A DNA stretch of 62,706 nucleotides from assembly GCA_040386535.1 (NCBI GenBank), contig JAZKFH010000024.1, positions 159,147-221,852 of the forward strand, given 5' to 3'. Below are positions 1 through 8,454 of the stretch, piece after piece. The stretch's first letter is position 1. Each line of letters starts with the position of its first letter. Origin of the DNA: Myxococcota bacterium. GTDB lineage: Bacteria > Myxococcota_A > UBA796 > SXON01. The notes beneath the pieces were generated by a model. It was not told the DNA's origin, did no database searches, and worked only from the letters and a program-made list of their open reading frames with translations. Position numbers and translations under genes: made by a program.

Positions 1-60
1 GGCAGGAGGCAGGAGGCAGGAGGCAGGAGGCAGGAGGCAGGAGGCAGGAGGCAGGAGGCA
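1..60. repeat. Tandem heptamer (GGCAGGA)n, ~8.5 copies, running off the window start
   Basis: Read directly: perfect 7-bp periodicity over positions 1-60. Confidence 0.95.
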
Positions 61-62
61 TA

Positions 63-1110
63 TCAGGAAGGCAGGAATAGAGGAAGGCAGGAATCGGAGC
101 CGGAAGAGGCCGGAAGGAAGAAGGAGGGGAAGAAGCAGAGAGAAATCGCTATTTGATTCCTGGGTTTCCCTTCCTGCATTCCTTGTTTCCTGCCTTCCTG
201 ATTCTCCCCTCCGGAAGAAGCACAAAGGCAAATCAGGAAAGCAGGAATAGAGGAAGGCAGGAATCGGAGCCGGAGATAGAAGGCCGGAAGGATCGCTGAC
301 TTTCCTGGTTCTCCTTCCTGCATCCCTTGTTTTGGTGTCCCTTCCTGCACTCCTTGTTTCCTGCCTTCCTGATTCTCCCCCTCCGGAGAAGCACAAAGGC
401 AAGTCAGGAAAGCAGGAATAGAGGAAGGCAGGAACCGGAGCCGGAGAAGGGAGACCGGAAGGCTCGCTGCCTTTCCGGGTCTTTCTTCCTGCATTCCTTG
501 TTTCCTGCCTTCCTGATTCTCCCCTCCGGAAGAAGCACAAAGGCAAATCAGGAAAGCAGGAATAGAGGAAGGCAGGAATCGGAGCCGGAGATAGAAGGCC
601 GGAAGAATCGCTGACTTTCCTGGTTCTCCTTCCTGCATCCCTTGTTTTGGTTTCCCTTCCTGCACTCCTTGTTTCCTGCCTTCCTAATTCTCCCCTCCGG
701 AGAAGCACAAAGGCAAGCCAGGAAAGCAGGAATAGAGGAAGGCAGGAATCGGAGCCGGAGAAGGGAGACCGGAAGGCTCGCTGCCTTTCCTGGTTCTCCT
801 TCCTGCATTCCTTGTTTCCTGCCTTCCTGATTCCCCCCCTCCGGAGAAGCACAAAGGCAAGTCAGGAAAGCAGGAATAGAGGAAGGCAGGAATCGGAGCC
901 GGAGAAGGGAGACCGGAAGGCTCGCTGCCTTTCCTGGTCTTTCTTCCTGCATTCCTTGTTTCCTGCTTTCCTGAGTCTCCCCTCCGGACCTGGGGGCACA
1001 AGGCAAATCAGAAAGAAGTGGAGAGAGGTCGCTGTTTCGTTCCTGGGTTCTCCCTTGCTCTCCTCCCTGTTTCCTGCCTTCCTGCTCCTCCCCTCCGGAC
1101 TCGGGGGGAA
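63..1110. repeat. Tandem array of ~7 palindromic units (144-171 bp), REP/BIME-like
   Basis: Units start at 63, 233, 404, 548, 718, 862 and (degenerate) 1008. Each has a left arm TCAGGAAAGCAGGAATAGAGGAAGGCAGGAA, an imperfect inverted right arm TTCCTGCATTCCTTGTTTCCTGCCTTCCTGA and a linker CCCCTCCGGAGAAGCACAAAGGCAA. Confidence 0.9.
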
Positions 1111-1300
1111 CAAGGCAGACCCCGAGCTCCACCCTCCCGCCACGCGCCAGGCGACTGGAGGGCGGCCGCCGCCCTGGGCGGCCGGTCCGGCGGGCCGCCC
1201 GCCGACCGAGGGGCTTTGCCCCGAGCCCGCAAGGCGCCGCCCGGGCGCCCCGAGTCCGGGAGCGACCGGTTAAACTCGCGTCGCTCCCCGGAAGGCCGCC

Positions 1301-2065
1301 TTGAACATCACCACCTGGAACGTCAACTCGGTCCGTGCGCGCCTCGACCGCGTGCTCGCGTGGGTCGACATGTATTCGCCCGATGTATTGGCGTTGCAAG
1401 AGCTCAAGTGCCAGGACACCGAGCTGCCGCTCGACTGCTTCCGCGAGCGTGGGTACCAGGTGGAGAGCCTGGGCCAGAAGACGTACAACGGCGTGGCGCT
1501 GCTCTCGAAGCGCCCGATGACCGACGTGGTCAAGGGGTTTCCCAACCCCGACGATCCGCAGGCGCGCGGCATCTCCGCGGTGATCGACGGCGTCCGCATC
1601 GTGAACCTGTACTGCCCCAACGGCGGCGATCTGCTGTCGGACAAGTACCCCTACAAGCTCGGCTGGTACGACCGGCTCGTGATGGAGCTCCGGCGGTGGT
1701 CGGACGGCTCGCTGATCGTGTGTGGGGACTTCAACATCGCCCCGGCGGACGCCGATGTGTACGATCCGAAGGGGTGGGAGGGGCAGGTGCTGGTCAGCCC
1801 GCCGGAGCGGGAGCGATTTGCGCGCATCCTCGAGCTCGGGCTCACGGACAGCTGGCGGAAGTTCCACAAGGAGCCCAACGTGTTCACGTGGTGGGACTAC
1901 CGCGGGAACGGCTACGCGCTGAACCAGGGCCTGCGGATCGACCACCACCTCGTCAGCAAGGACATCCTGGCGCGCGCGACCGACGTGTCGGTGGACCACG
2001 AGGAGCGCGGCCGGCCCCAGGCGAGTGATCACGCACCCGTGACGTTGCACCTGCGCGATCGCTGA
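1301..2065 (+). CDS. xth: Exodeoxyribonuclease III / AP endonuclease
   Basis: TWNVNS, LQELK, GDFNIAP, FTWWDYR, GLRIDH and SDHAPV motifs; TTG start. Confidence 0.95.
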   Translation: MNITTWNVNSVRARLDRVLAWVDMYSPDVLALQELKCQDTELPLDCFRERGYQVESLGQKTYNGVALLSKRPMTDVVKGFPNPDDPQARGISAVIDGVRIVNLYCPNGGDLLSDKYPYKLGWYDRLVMELRRWSDGSLIVCGDFNIAPADADVYDPKGWEGQVLVSPPERERFARILELGLTDSWRKFHKEPNVFTWWDYRGNGYALNQGLRIDHHLVSKDILARATDVSVDHEERGRPQASDHAPVTLHLRDR

Positions 2066-2137
2066 GTCGTCGCCCGCGCTCCTGCTTGCGGCGGCGCGGC
2101 GCTCGGGGAAAGGGGCAGGCTCCAGGGAGGCGAGCAC

Positions 2138-3268
2138 ATGTCCCGCACAGGCGTCTATCGTACAGGCGGCATCGTGCTGCTCGCGCTTGCGAGCGCTCTC
2201 ACCATCGCGACGGTTCGCGCGCACGGCCCCGAAGACGACGATCACGACGGCGACCACCACGCCCTCCCCGGCGCGCACCCCGCCGATCAGCTGCTCGCGC
2301 GGCTCCGCTACGTCAAAGGGGACTACGCCCACGCGGTGGTGGACGGGCGCATCGCCGACGCCCATGAGTACGAGGAGCAGGTAGAGCTGGTCGAGGACGC
2401 CGTGGCGCTCGCCTCCCCGCTCCCGCTCTCGACTCCGACCCGCACCGCGCTGGGCGCCCTGCTCGCCGCGGTGAAGCGGCAGGCACCCGCCGCCGAGGTC
2501 ACCGGGGCGTGTGACGCGCTGCTGGTGCGGCTCCGCGACGAGCTCTGGTTGGAGATCGAGACGCCGGATCCGAGCCGGCTCGCGGATGGCGCCGCGCTCT
2601 ACGGACCCAACTGTGCCAGCTGCCACGGCGCGAACGGCGAGGGCCCGGCCCCGGGGCTGGGGCTCGTGCCCGCCCCCATTGCCTTCTCCGACGCCGCCGT
2701 CGCCACGCAGCTCTCGCCCCGGCGCGTCTACGAGGCCGTCACGTTCGGGGTCCCGGAGACAGCGATGGTCCCGCGCGGGGACACGCTCTCGGAGGCGGAG
2801 CGGTGGTCGCTGGCGTTCTACGTGGCGGGCTTCGGCACGCGCGCGAGCCCCGCGCCGACGGCCCCTCCGACGACGACTCCGGACCTGCCTGCGCGCACCC
2901 TCGAAGACCTCGCGGACGCGACGAACGCCGCGCTCGCCGCGGAGGCGCCCGAGGGGGTGGCGGCGAACGTGGCGGTCGCGGCGTGGCGGGGCGCCTCGCT
3001 CACGAAGGCGGCGCGGTCGCCGTGGCTCGCGATGCGGGGGGACACACGCCAGATCGCGGAGGATCCGGGGAACGTCGACGCGCTCGCGCGCCTGCGTGCA
3101 CGCTGGGCGTCGGAGCGGGCGTCGGTGTCGAAGGTGAACCGGAAGCTCGCGACGCGCGTAGGCACCGAGATCGCGACCCTCGGGGAGGTGCGCACGCCCG
3201 CCACGGCGCGGGATGCGGCCCGGGCGCTGGAGGTGTCGTTGGCCGAGGTGGAGCGGGCGCTGAAGTAA
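2138..3268 (+). CDS. Exported c-type cytochrome resembling the N-terminal part of PbrT/cytochrome-FTR1 proteins
   Basis: Signal peptide, His/Asp-rich N-terminus, DYxxAVxDG...EYxEQ segment, heme motif CASCHG, GVPETAM (axial Met), RWSLAFYV. Confidence 0.8.
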   Translation: MSRTGVYRTGGIVLLALASALTIATVRAHGPEDDDHDGDHHALPGAHPADQLLARLRYVKGDYAHAVVDGRIADAHEYEEQVELVEDAVALASPLPLSTPTRTALGALLAAVKRQAPAAEVTGACDALLVRLRDELWLEIETPDPSRLADGAALYGPNCASCHGANGEGPAPGLGLVPAPIAFSDAAVATQLSPRRVYEAVTFGVPETAMVPRGDTLSEAERWSLAFYVAGFGTRASPAPTAPPTTTPDLPARTLEDLADATNAALAAEAPEGVAANVAVAAWRGASLTKAARSPWLAMRGDTRQIAEDPGNVDALARLRARWASERASVSKVNRKLATRVGTEIATLGEVRTPATARDAARALEVSLAEVERALK

Positions 3269-3283
3269 GCGGCGTGGAAGGCG

Positions 3284-3976
3284 CTACAGCCGGCCCTCGC
3301 GCACGGCCGCCACGAGGCCCTTGACCTGCCGGTCGATGCCCATCTCGAGGGCGCGCGTGATCGAGAGCTGCCACGCTTCCGCCGCGCCGGTGAGGCCCTG
3401 CCAGAGGTCGGGGGACGTCGGCAACGCATCGAGCTTGGCGCGCCACACGAGGTCCGCGTCCGCGCAGGCCTGGCGCAACGCGCGCCCGCCGGCCACGAAC
3501 TGGATGCGCGTGTCGTCGGGGCGCCGGGAGCGGAGGATGATGGGCTCCAGGTGCGCCGCGGTGCGGCCCCAGCCCTCGGCCGCCTTCTCGTCCAGGCCCT
3601 CCATGAGGACCGCGAGCGGCGCGGTGGCCGCGGCGAGGGAGCGCGCGGAGAGGCCAGCGCGTTTGCCCGCCTGCATGGCCGTGCCGATGCCCTTGTGCAG
3701 GTCCTGGAACGGCTGGAGGGTGGGCACGAGGGCGTCGCTGTAGCGCTCGACCAGCACCCGGTCGTCCTCGAAACCGATGACGGCGCGCCCCAGCTCGGCC
3801 GCGCCGACCTCCCACGCGCCGACCACGCTCGCGCCGGCCTTCTTCAGCTCGCCGTCGATCTGCTCCTCGAGCTCCGTCCACACCTCCGCCATGGCCGGGG
3901 TGAACGTGGTGCCGATGCCGGCGGGAGACGGGGGCGCGCCGCCGAGGCGAACGCGCAGACGAGAGAGGAGACCCAT
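3284..3976 (-). CDS. Hypothetical helical protein (~230 aa)
   Basis: C-terminal part of ORF 3284..5851 from ATG 3976 (MGLLSRL); protein-like composition, fills the gap between the cytochrome and the AAA gene. Confidence 0.65.
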   Translation of the reverse strand: MGLLSRLRVRLGGAPPSPAGIGTTFTPAMAEVWTELEEQIDGELKKAGASVVGAWEVGAAELGRAVIGFEDDRVLVERYSDALVPTLQPFQDLHKGIGTAMQAGKRAGLSARSLAAATAPLAVLMEGLDEKAAEGWGRTAAHLEPIILRSRRPDDTRIQFVAGGRALRQACADADLVWRAKLDALPTSPDLWQGLTGAAEAWQLSITRALEMGIDRQVKGLVAAVREGRL

Positions 3977-4033
3977 GCCCGGACCTCTACCGCGATGCGG
4001 GAAGGAGCGCCGCGTACGGTTATCCTTCCCCGC

Positions 4034-5965
4034 ATGCCCACCGACCCGCGGGACCCGCTCCCCCCTCGGCCTGACGGCCTCCGCGATCCCTCCGATGCCG
4101 GCCCGCCCGAAGGCGACCGGCCGCAGGACAGCTCGTTCTTCCGGCGCCGACCCCGGCCGCTCTCGGGTGACCGCCCCTCCCGCGACGACGTGGAGACCGT
4201 GTCGCACATCGAGCGGGTGCCCCGCCCGGAGCCGATCGCGCGCATCGGCCCGCCGCGGATCGACGCGGACGAGCTCCGCCGCCCCGCGCCCTGGGACTCC
4301 GGCACGCTGGTCCCCGCGCCGCTCGCGGAGGAGGTGCGCCGTCCCGCGCCCTGGGAGTCCGGCACGCTGATCCCCGCGGCCCACGCCGAGGAGCCGTTCC
4401 CCCGGAGAGAGGCGGCACCCCGCGTGGAGGCCCCGCCCCGCGTGGAGGCCCCGCCCCGCGCAGAACGGGACTTTCCGCTCGAGACCACGGACGAGGTGCG
4501 CCGGGCCGCCCGGGACGCCACGTCCCCCCGCGACTTCCCGCCCACGCGGGACCTCCCCCGGGAGCGTGATCTCCCGCCTGCCCGCGAGCTCCCGCCCCCG
4601 CGGGACATGGCGCGGGACCTGCCGCGCGAGTCGACCGACGAGATCCGGCGCGGCGCCATCGGGAACAACGTCGTGCGCGAGTACGCGTCGGAGACGAACG
4701 AGGACTTCGCGCGGTCGCAGCCCAAGGAGCCGCGGACGTGGCAGGAGGCCGGGCTGGACCCGGTGTTCGGCGAGCAGCTCGTGCTCCGCTACCTCGCGGG
4801 CGTGACCACCGAGTCGGCCCGGCAGGTCGCCAACGAGCTCTGCCTCTCGTTGCCGCTGATGAAGGAGCTGCTCGAGCAGCTCAAGCAGGCCAAGCTGCTC
4901 CAGCACCGCGGCTCGACCCCCATGGGCGACTTCATCTACGAGGTCACCGAGGCGGGGCGCAGCAAGGCGCTCGACTACAAGCGGCTCTGCGCCTACGTCG
5001 GCCCCGCGCCCGTGCCCTGGGCCCAGTACCTCCAGAGCGTGCGCGACCAGTCCCTCCGCAGCCGCTCGCCCACGCCCGCCGATCTCGACCGTGCGTTCGA
5101 GGATCTCATCGTGTCCGAGGACATCCTGGAGCGCCTCGGCCCCGCGATCACGAGCGGGCGCGCCATGTTCCTGCATGGCGACCCGGGGAACGGCAAGACC
5201 AGCATCGCCGAGCGCATCACGCGCTGCTTCGGCGACGACATCTGGATCCCCCACGCCCTCCTCATCGACGGGCACCTGGTCAAGCTCTACGATCCCGCCA
5301 CGCACGAGGCCGTCGAGACCCCGGCCCGGCCGCAGGGCTCCGCCGACAAGCTCGACCGACGCTGGATCCGCATCAAGCGGCCGACCGTGGTGGCCGGCGG
5401 CGAGCTCACGCTGGAGATGCTCGAGATCCAGGTCTCGTCCTCGACGAACATCGGGGAGGCGCCGCTCCAGCTCAAGGCGAACTGCGGCACCTTGGTCATC
5501 GACGACTTCGGGCGCCAGCGGATCGAGCCGCAGGTGCTGCTCAACCGCTGGATCTTCCCGCTCGAACGCCGTATCGATTTTCTCAAGCTGCCCGACGGCC
5601 GCAAGATCTCGGCCCCGTTCGACCCGCTGCTGATCTTCTCGACGAACCTCGAGCCGAAGGATCTCGTGGACGAGGCATTCCTGCGCCGCATCCCGTACAA
5701 GATCCAGGTCGCCGATCCGACGGAACACGAGTTCGTTCGGCTGCTCGAAGCGATCGCGGACAAGCTGGAGATCCGACTGGTCCCCGGCGCCTGCACGCAC
5801 CTCGTCCTGCGCCACTACCGCGAGCGCGGGCGCCCGCTGCGCTTCTGCCACCCGCGGGACCTGCTCCTCCAGGTCTGCAATCAGTGCGCGTATGACCGAC
5901 GGGCCCGCGTCGCGACGGCCCAGGACTTCGACCGCGCGGTGATGAACTACTTCGGGGCCCTCTGA
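4034..5965 (+). CDS. AAA+ family ATPase with Pro/Arg-rich repetitive N-terminal extension
   Basis: Walker A GDPGNGKTS, Walker B LVIDDFGRQ, FSTNL, AFLRRI arginine finger. Start ATG 4034 chosen because it follows TATCCT by 7 nt. Confidence 0.85.
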   Translation: MPTDPRDPLPPRPDGLRDPSDAGPPEGDRPQDSSFFRRRPRPLSGDRPSRDDVETVSHIERVPRPEPIARIGPPRIDADELRRPAPWDSGTLVPAPLAEEVRRPAPWESGTLIPAAHAEEPFPRREAAPRVEAPPRVEAPPRAERDFPLETTDEVRRAARDATSPRDFPPTRDLPRERDLPPARELPPPRDMARDLPRESTDEIRRGAIGNNVVREYASETNEDFARSQPKEPRTWQEAGLDPVFGEQLVLRYLAGVTTESARQVANELCLSLPLMKELLEQLKQAKLLQHRGSTPMGDFIYEVTEAGRSKALDYKRLCAYVGPAPVPWAQYLQSVRDQSLRSRSPTPADLDRAFEDLIVSEDILERLGPAITSGRAMFLHGDPGNGKTSIAERITRCFGDDIWIPHALLIDGHLVKLYDPATHEAVETPARPQGSADKLDRRWIRIKRPTVVAGGELTLEMLEIQVSSSTNIGEAPLQLKANCGTLVIDDFGRQRIEPQVLLNRWIFPLERRIDFLKLPDGRKISAPFDPLLIFSTNLEPKDLVDEAFLRRIPYKIQVADPTEHEFVRLLEAIADKLEIRLVPGACTHLVLRHYRERGRPLRFCHPRDLLLQVCNQCAYDRRARVATAQDFDRAVMNYFGAL

Positions 5966-6903
5966 TGCGGAGCCGCGTGCCGGTGCTCGTCGTGTCCGGC
6001 TTCCTCGGGAGCGGCAAGACCACGCTGGTGCGGCGGCTGCTGGAAGACGCGCAGGCCCGCGGCGAGCGCGTCGCCATCGTGTCGAACGAGTTCGGCGCGC
6101 TCGGGATCGACGAGGCGCTGCTGGGCGGCGGCGAGGAGCGCTTCGTGGAGCTCGCGGGCGGCTGCGTGTGTTGCCAGCTCTCGGACGAGCTGGTGGACAC
6201 GCTCGAGGCGCTCCGCGTGAAGGTGAACCCCGACCGCATCGTCATCGAGACCAGCGGCGTGGCCCTCCCCTTCGAGACCCAGCTGAACCTGTACCGGGCG
6301 CCCGTGAACCTGTGGGTGGGCGACGAGGCGAGCGTGGTCGTCGTGAGCGCGGCGCAGCTGTTCGAGGGCGAGGAGCTCGACGGCACCTTCCTCGACCAGG
6401 TGTCGAGCGCCGACCTGCTGCTGCTGCACAAGATCGATCTGGTGCCCGCCGACGCGCTCGACGCGCTCGAAGCCCGCCTGCTGGAGATGAACCCCGACGC
6501 GCCCGTCTTCCGCGCGCGGTTCGGCGACCTGGACCCGGCGCTGTTGTTTCCGGTGGGGCCCGACGGGGACGCCGAGGGGGTGACCCGCCCGGCGAAGGCG
6601 GCGCGCCCTGGGCACAATCACGCGCACGGGCACGATCACGCGCACGATCACGAGCACTTCGAGACCGAAGAGCTGCTGGTGCCCCACGACCTGCCCGAGG
6701 CCGAGGCGTTCGCCTGGATCGACGCCCGGAAGGGGCTGCGCACCAAGGGGTTCGTCCGCACGCGCGAGGGCCTGCGCGTCGTCCAGGGTGTCGGGCGCCG
6801 GCTGGAGCTGGTGCCGCTCGGCGACCTGGTGGTGCCCCCGCAGCTCGTCGGGCGTGTGGTGGTCATCCGCCGGGAATCGTCACAAGACCGTCACACGGGT
6901 TAA
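5965..6903 (+). CDS. COG0523/CobW-family GTPase metallochaperone
   Basis: SGFLGSGKTT, NEFG, GCVCC, IETSG and a His-rich HNHAHGHDHAHDHEH insert; TGATG overlap with the AAA gene. Confidence 0.93.
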   Translation: MRSRVPVLVVSGFLGSGKTTLVRRLLEDAQARGERVAIVSNEFGALGIDEALLGGGEERFVELAGGCVCCQLSDELVDTLEALRVKVNPDRIVIETSGVALPFETQLNLYRAPVNLWVGDEASVVVVSAAQLFEGEELDGTFLDQVSSADLLLLHKIDLVPADALDALEARLLEMNPDAPVFRARFGDLDPALLFPVGPDGDAEGVTRPAKAARPGHNHAHGHDHAHDHEHFETEELLVPHDLPEAEAFAWIDARKGLRTKGFVRTREGLRVVQGVGRRLELVPLGDLVVPPQLVGRVVVIRRESSQDRHTG

Positions 6904-6912
6904 CGGAAGGGC

Positions 6913-8433
6913 TTGCCCGACGTCCGTGTCACGCTGCACCACCACTACCAGCTCGAGCTGAAGCTGGTGCACGCGCTCGACCCGCCCCAGCCGGAGCGGA
7001 CGTTCGAGGCCTGGTTCTTCTTTCCGCCGTCCCTCGGGATCGACGAGCCGACCTTCCGCAAAGAGCTGTTCTACGACGAGATGACGTCGTACGTGCGCTT
7101 CCAGACGCCGCGGATGAGCTTCGACCAGCTGAACGCCCCGACCGAGCGCAACTCGCCCTTCGCGTGGCTCGCGCGGAACGAGGGCCGGCTCACGTCCGGC
7201 ATGGCGACAGGCGCGGACTTCACGATGGCGCTCCGCGAGCTCCGGCTCGGCGCGGCCGTGTTCCGTGCATCGGTACGCGATCACGCACGGTTCGTCGCCG
7301 CCGAGCTCGCCAGCGGCACCGCCCCGCCCGCGGTGCTCGCGCGCCACGCCGAGGCGTCGCGGCGGTTTCTCCTGGAGTGTCACGAGGCCCTCGAAGGTTA
7401 CCGCGCGCTCCGGCTGCACTACCTGGCGGCGCGCACCCCGCCCACGCTCCGCACCGCGATCGACGCCATCGACGATTTTCTCTCGGTCCAGGTGCTCGAA
7501 GGCTGGTTTTCCCTCTTGGAGACCTTCCTCCCGCACGAGCAGCACGCCGGCCCTCTCGTGGCCGCCCTGCGCACCGCGATCACGACGGAGACCACCTACC
7601 GCAAGGGCGCCGGCCACCTCCCCGCGCCCGCCGACGAGTCCACGACCAACGAGCGCTTCGTGGCGCGGGTGAACCTGCTCAAGAAGTGGGTGCTCGCGGT
7701 GTTGCACCTCCGCGTGCGGTCGAGCCGCCGCGCCGAGCTCGCGCAGGACGCGATGTTCGCCATCGCCGCAGCGGTCGCGATGGCGGTGGCGGTGACCCTC
7801 CAGCTCCTCGCGCTCTGGACGGTGGGCACGCCCACGAGCCCCCAGGTGGGCGGCGCCACGTTGTTCACGTTCGTGGCCCTGGCGGTCGGGGGCTACATCC
7901 TGAAGGATCGCCTCAAGGAGCGGCTCAAGGTGTGGTTCCAGAAGGGCATCCCCTACTGGTTGTTCGACCGCCGCCAGGAGCTGCGCGTCGAGTCCGGCGG
8001 GGCGAGCATCGGCTCGGTCGAGGAGACCGTGCGCCTGCTCCGCGCCGAGGAGATCGTGCCGTTGGTGGCCCGCCTGCGCGACTCCGGCGAGGAGCCCATC
8101 TTCGCCGAGCAGCGCGGCGAGGAGGACGTGATCCACTACCGCCGCAAGCTCCGTGTCGACGGGCAGCGGGCCCGCGCCCAGGCCCCCGAGATGAGCGCCA
8201 TCGACGAGATCCTGCGCCTGAACGTGACACGCTGGCTCCGCCGAATGGACGACCCCGCGCGGGCCCTGCTCCGCCTCTCGGAAGACGGCCGCGTCAACGT
8301 CGTGACCGCCACCAAGACCTACCGCGTGACCCTGATCCTGGCCCGCGGCGGGGCCGACCGCCGCTACGAGAAGTACTCGGTGGTGCTCACGCGGGACGGC
8401 ATCGAGCGGGTGGAGCGGGTGGGCGGGATCTGA
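6913..8433 (+). CDS. Hypothetical membrane protein (two TM helices)
   Basis: 506-aa ORF with strong GC3 bias and two hydrophobic segments (AMFAIAAAVAMAVAVTLQLLAL; TLFTFVALAVGGYIL); 9 nt after the cobW-like gene. Confidence 0.8.
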   Translation: MPDVRVTLHHHYQLELKLVHALDPPQPERTFEAWFFFPPSLGIDEPTFRKELFYDEMTSYVRFQTPRMSFDQLNAPTERNSPFAWLARNEGRLTSGMATGADFTMALRELRLGAAVFRASVRDHARFVAAELASGTAPPAVLARHAEASRRFLLECHEALEGYRALRLHYLAARTPPTLRTAIDAIDDFLSVQVLEGWFSLLETFLPHEQHAGPLVAALRTAITTETTYRKGAGHLPAPADESTTNERFVARVNLLKKWVLAVLHLRVRSSRRAELAQDAMFAIAAAVAMAVAVTLQLLALWTVGTPTSPQVGGATLFTFVALAVGGYILKDRLKERLKVWFQKGIPYWLFDRRQELRVESGGASIGSVEETVRLLRAEEIVPLVARLRDSGEEPIFAEQRGEEDVIHYRRKLRVDGQRARAQAPEMSAIDEILRLNVTRWLRRMDDPARALLRLSEDGRVNVVTATKTYRVTLILARGGADRRYEKYSVVLTRDGIERVERVGGI

Positions 8434-8454
8434 GCGGACCGCCGGCTCTCCGGC

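Noticed and set aside
63..1110. CRISPR array
   Set aside because: Segments between the conserved arms are themselves repeated rather than unique spacers, the period is 144-171 bp, arms alternate in orientation, and no cas genes are present.
63..1273. ORFs over the repeat array (QEGRKQG / FLPSSIPAF repeats)
   Set aside because: They are translations of a DNA palindrome open in several frames on both strands and lack the GC3 bias of real genes.
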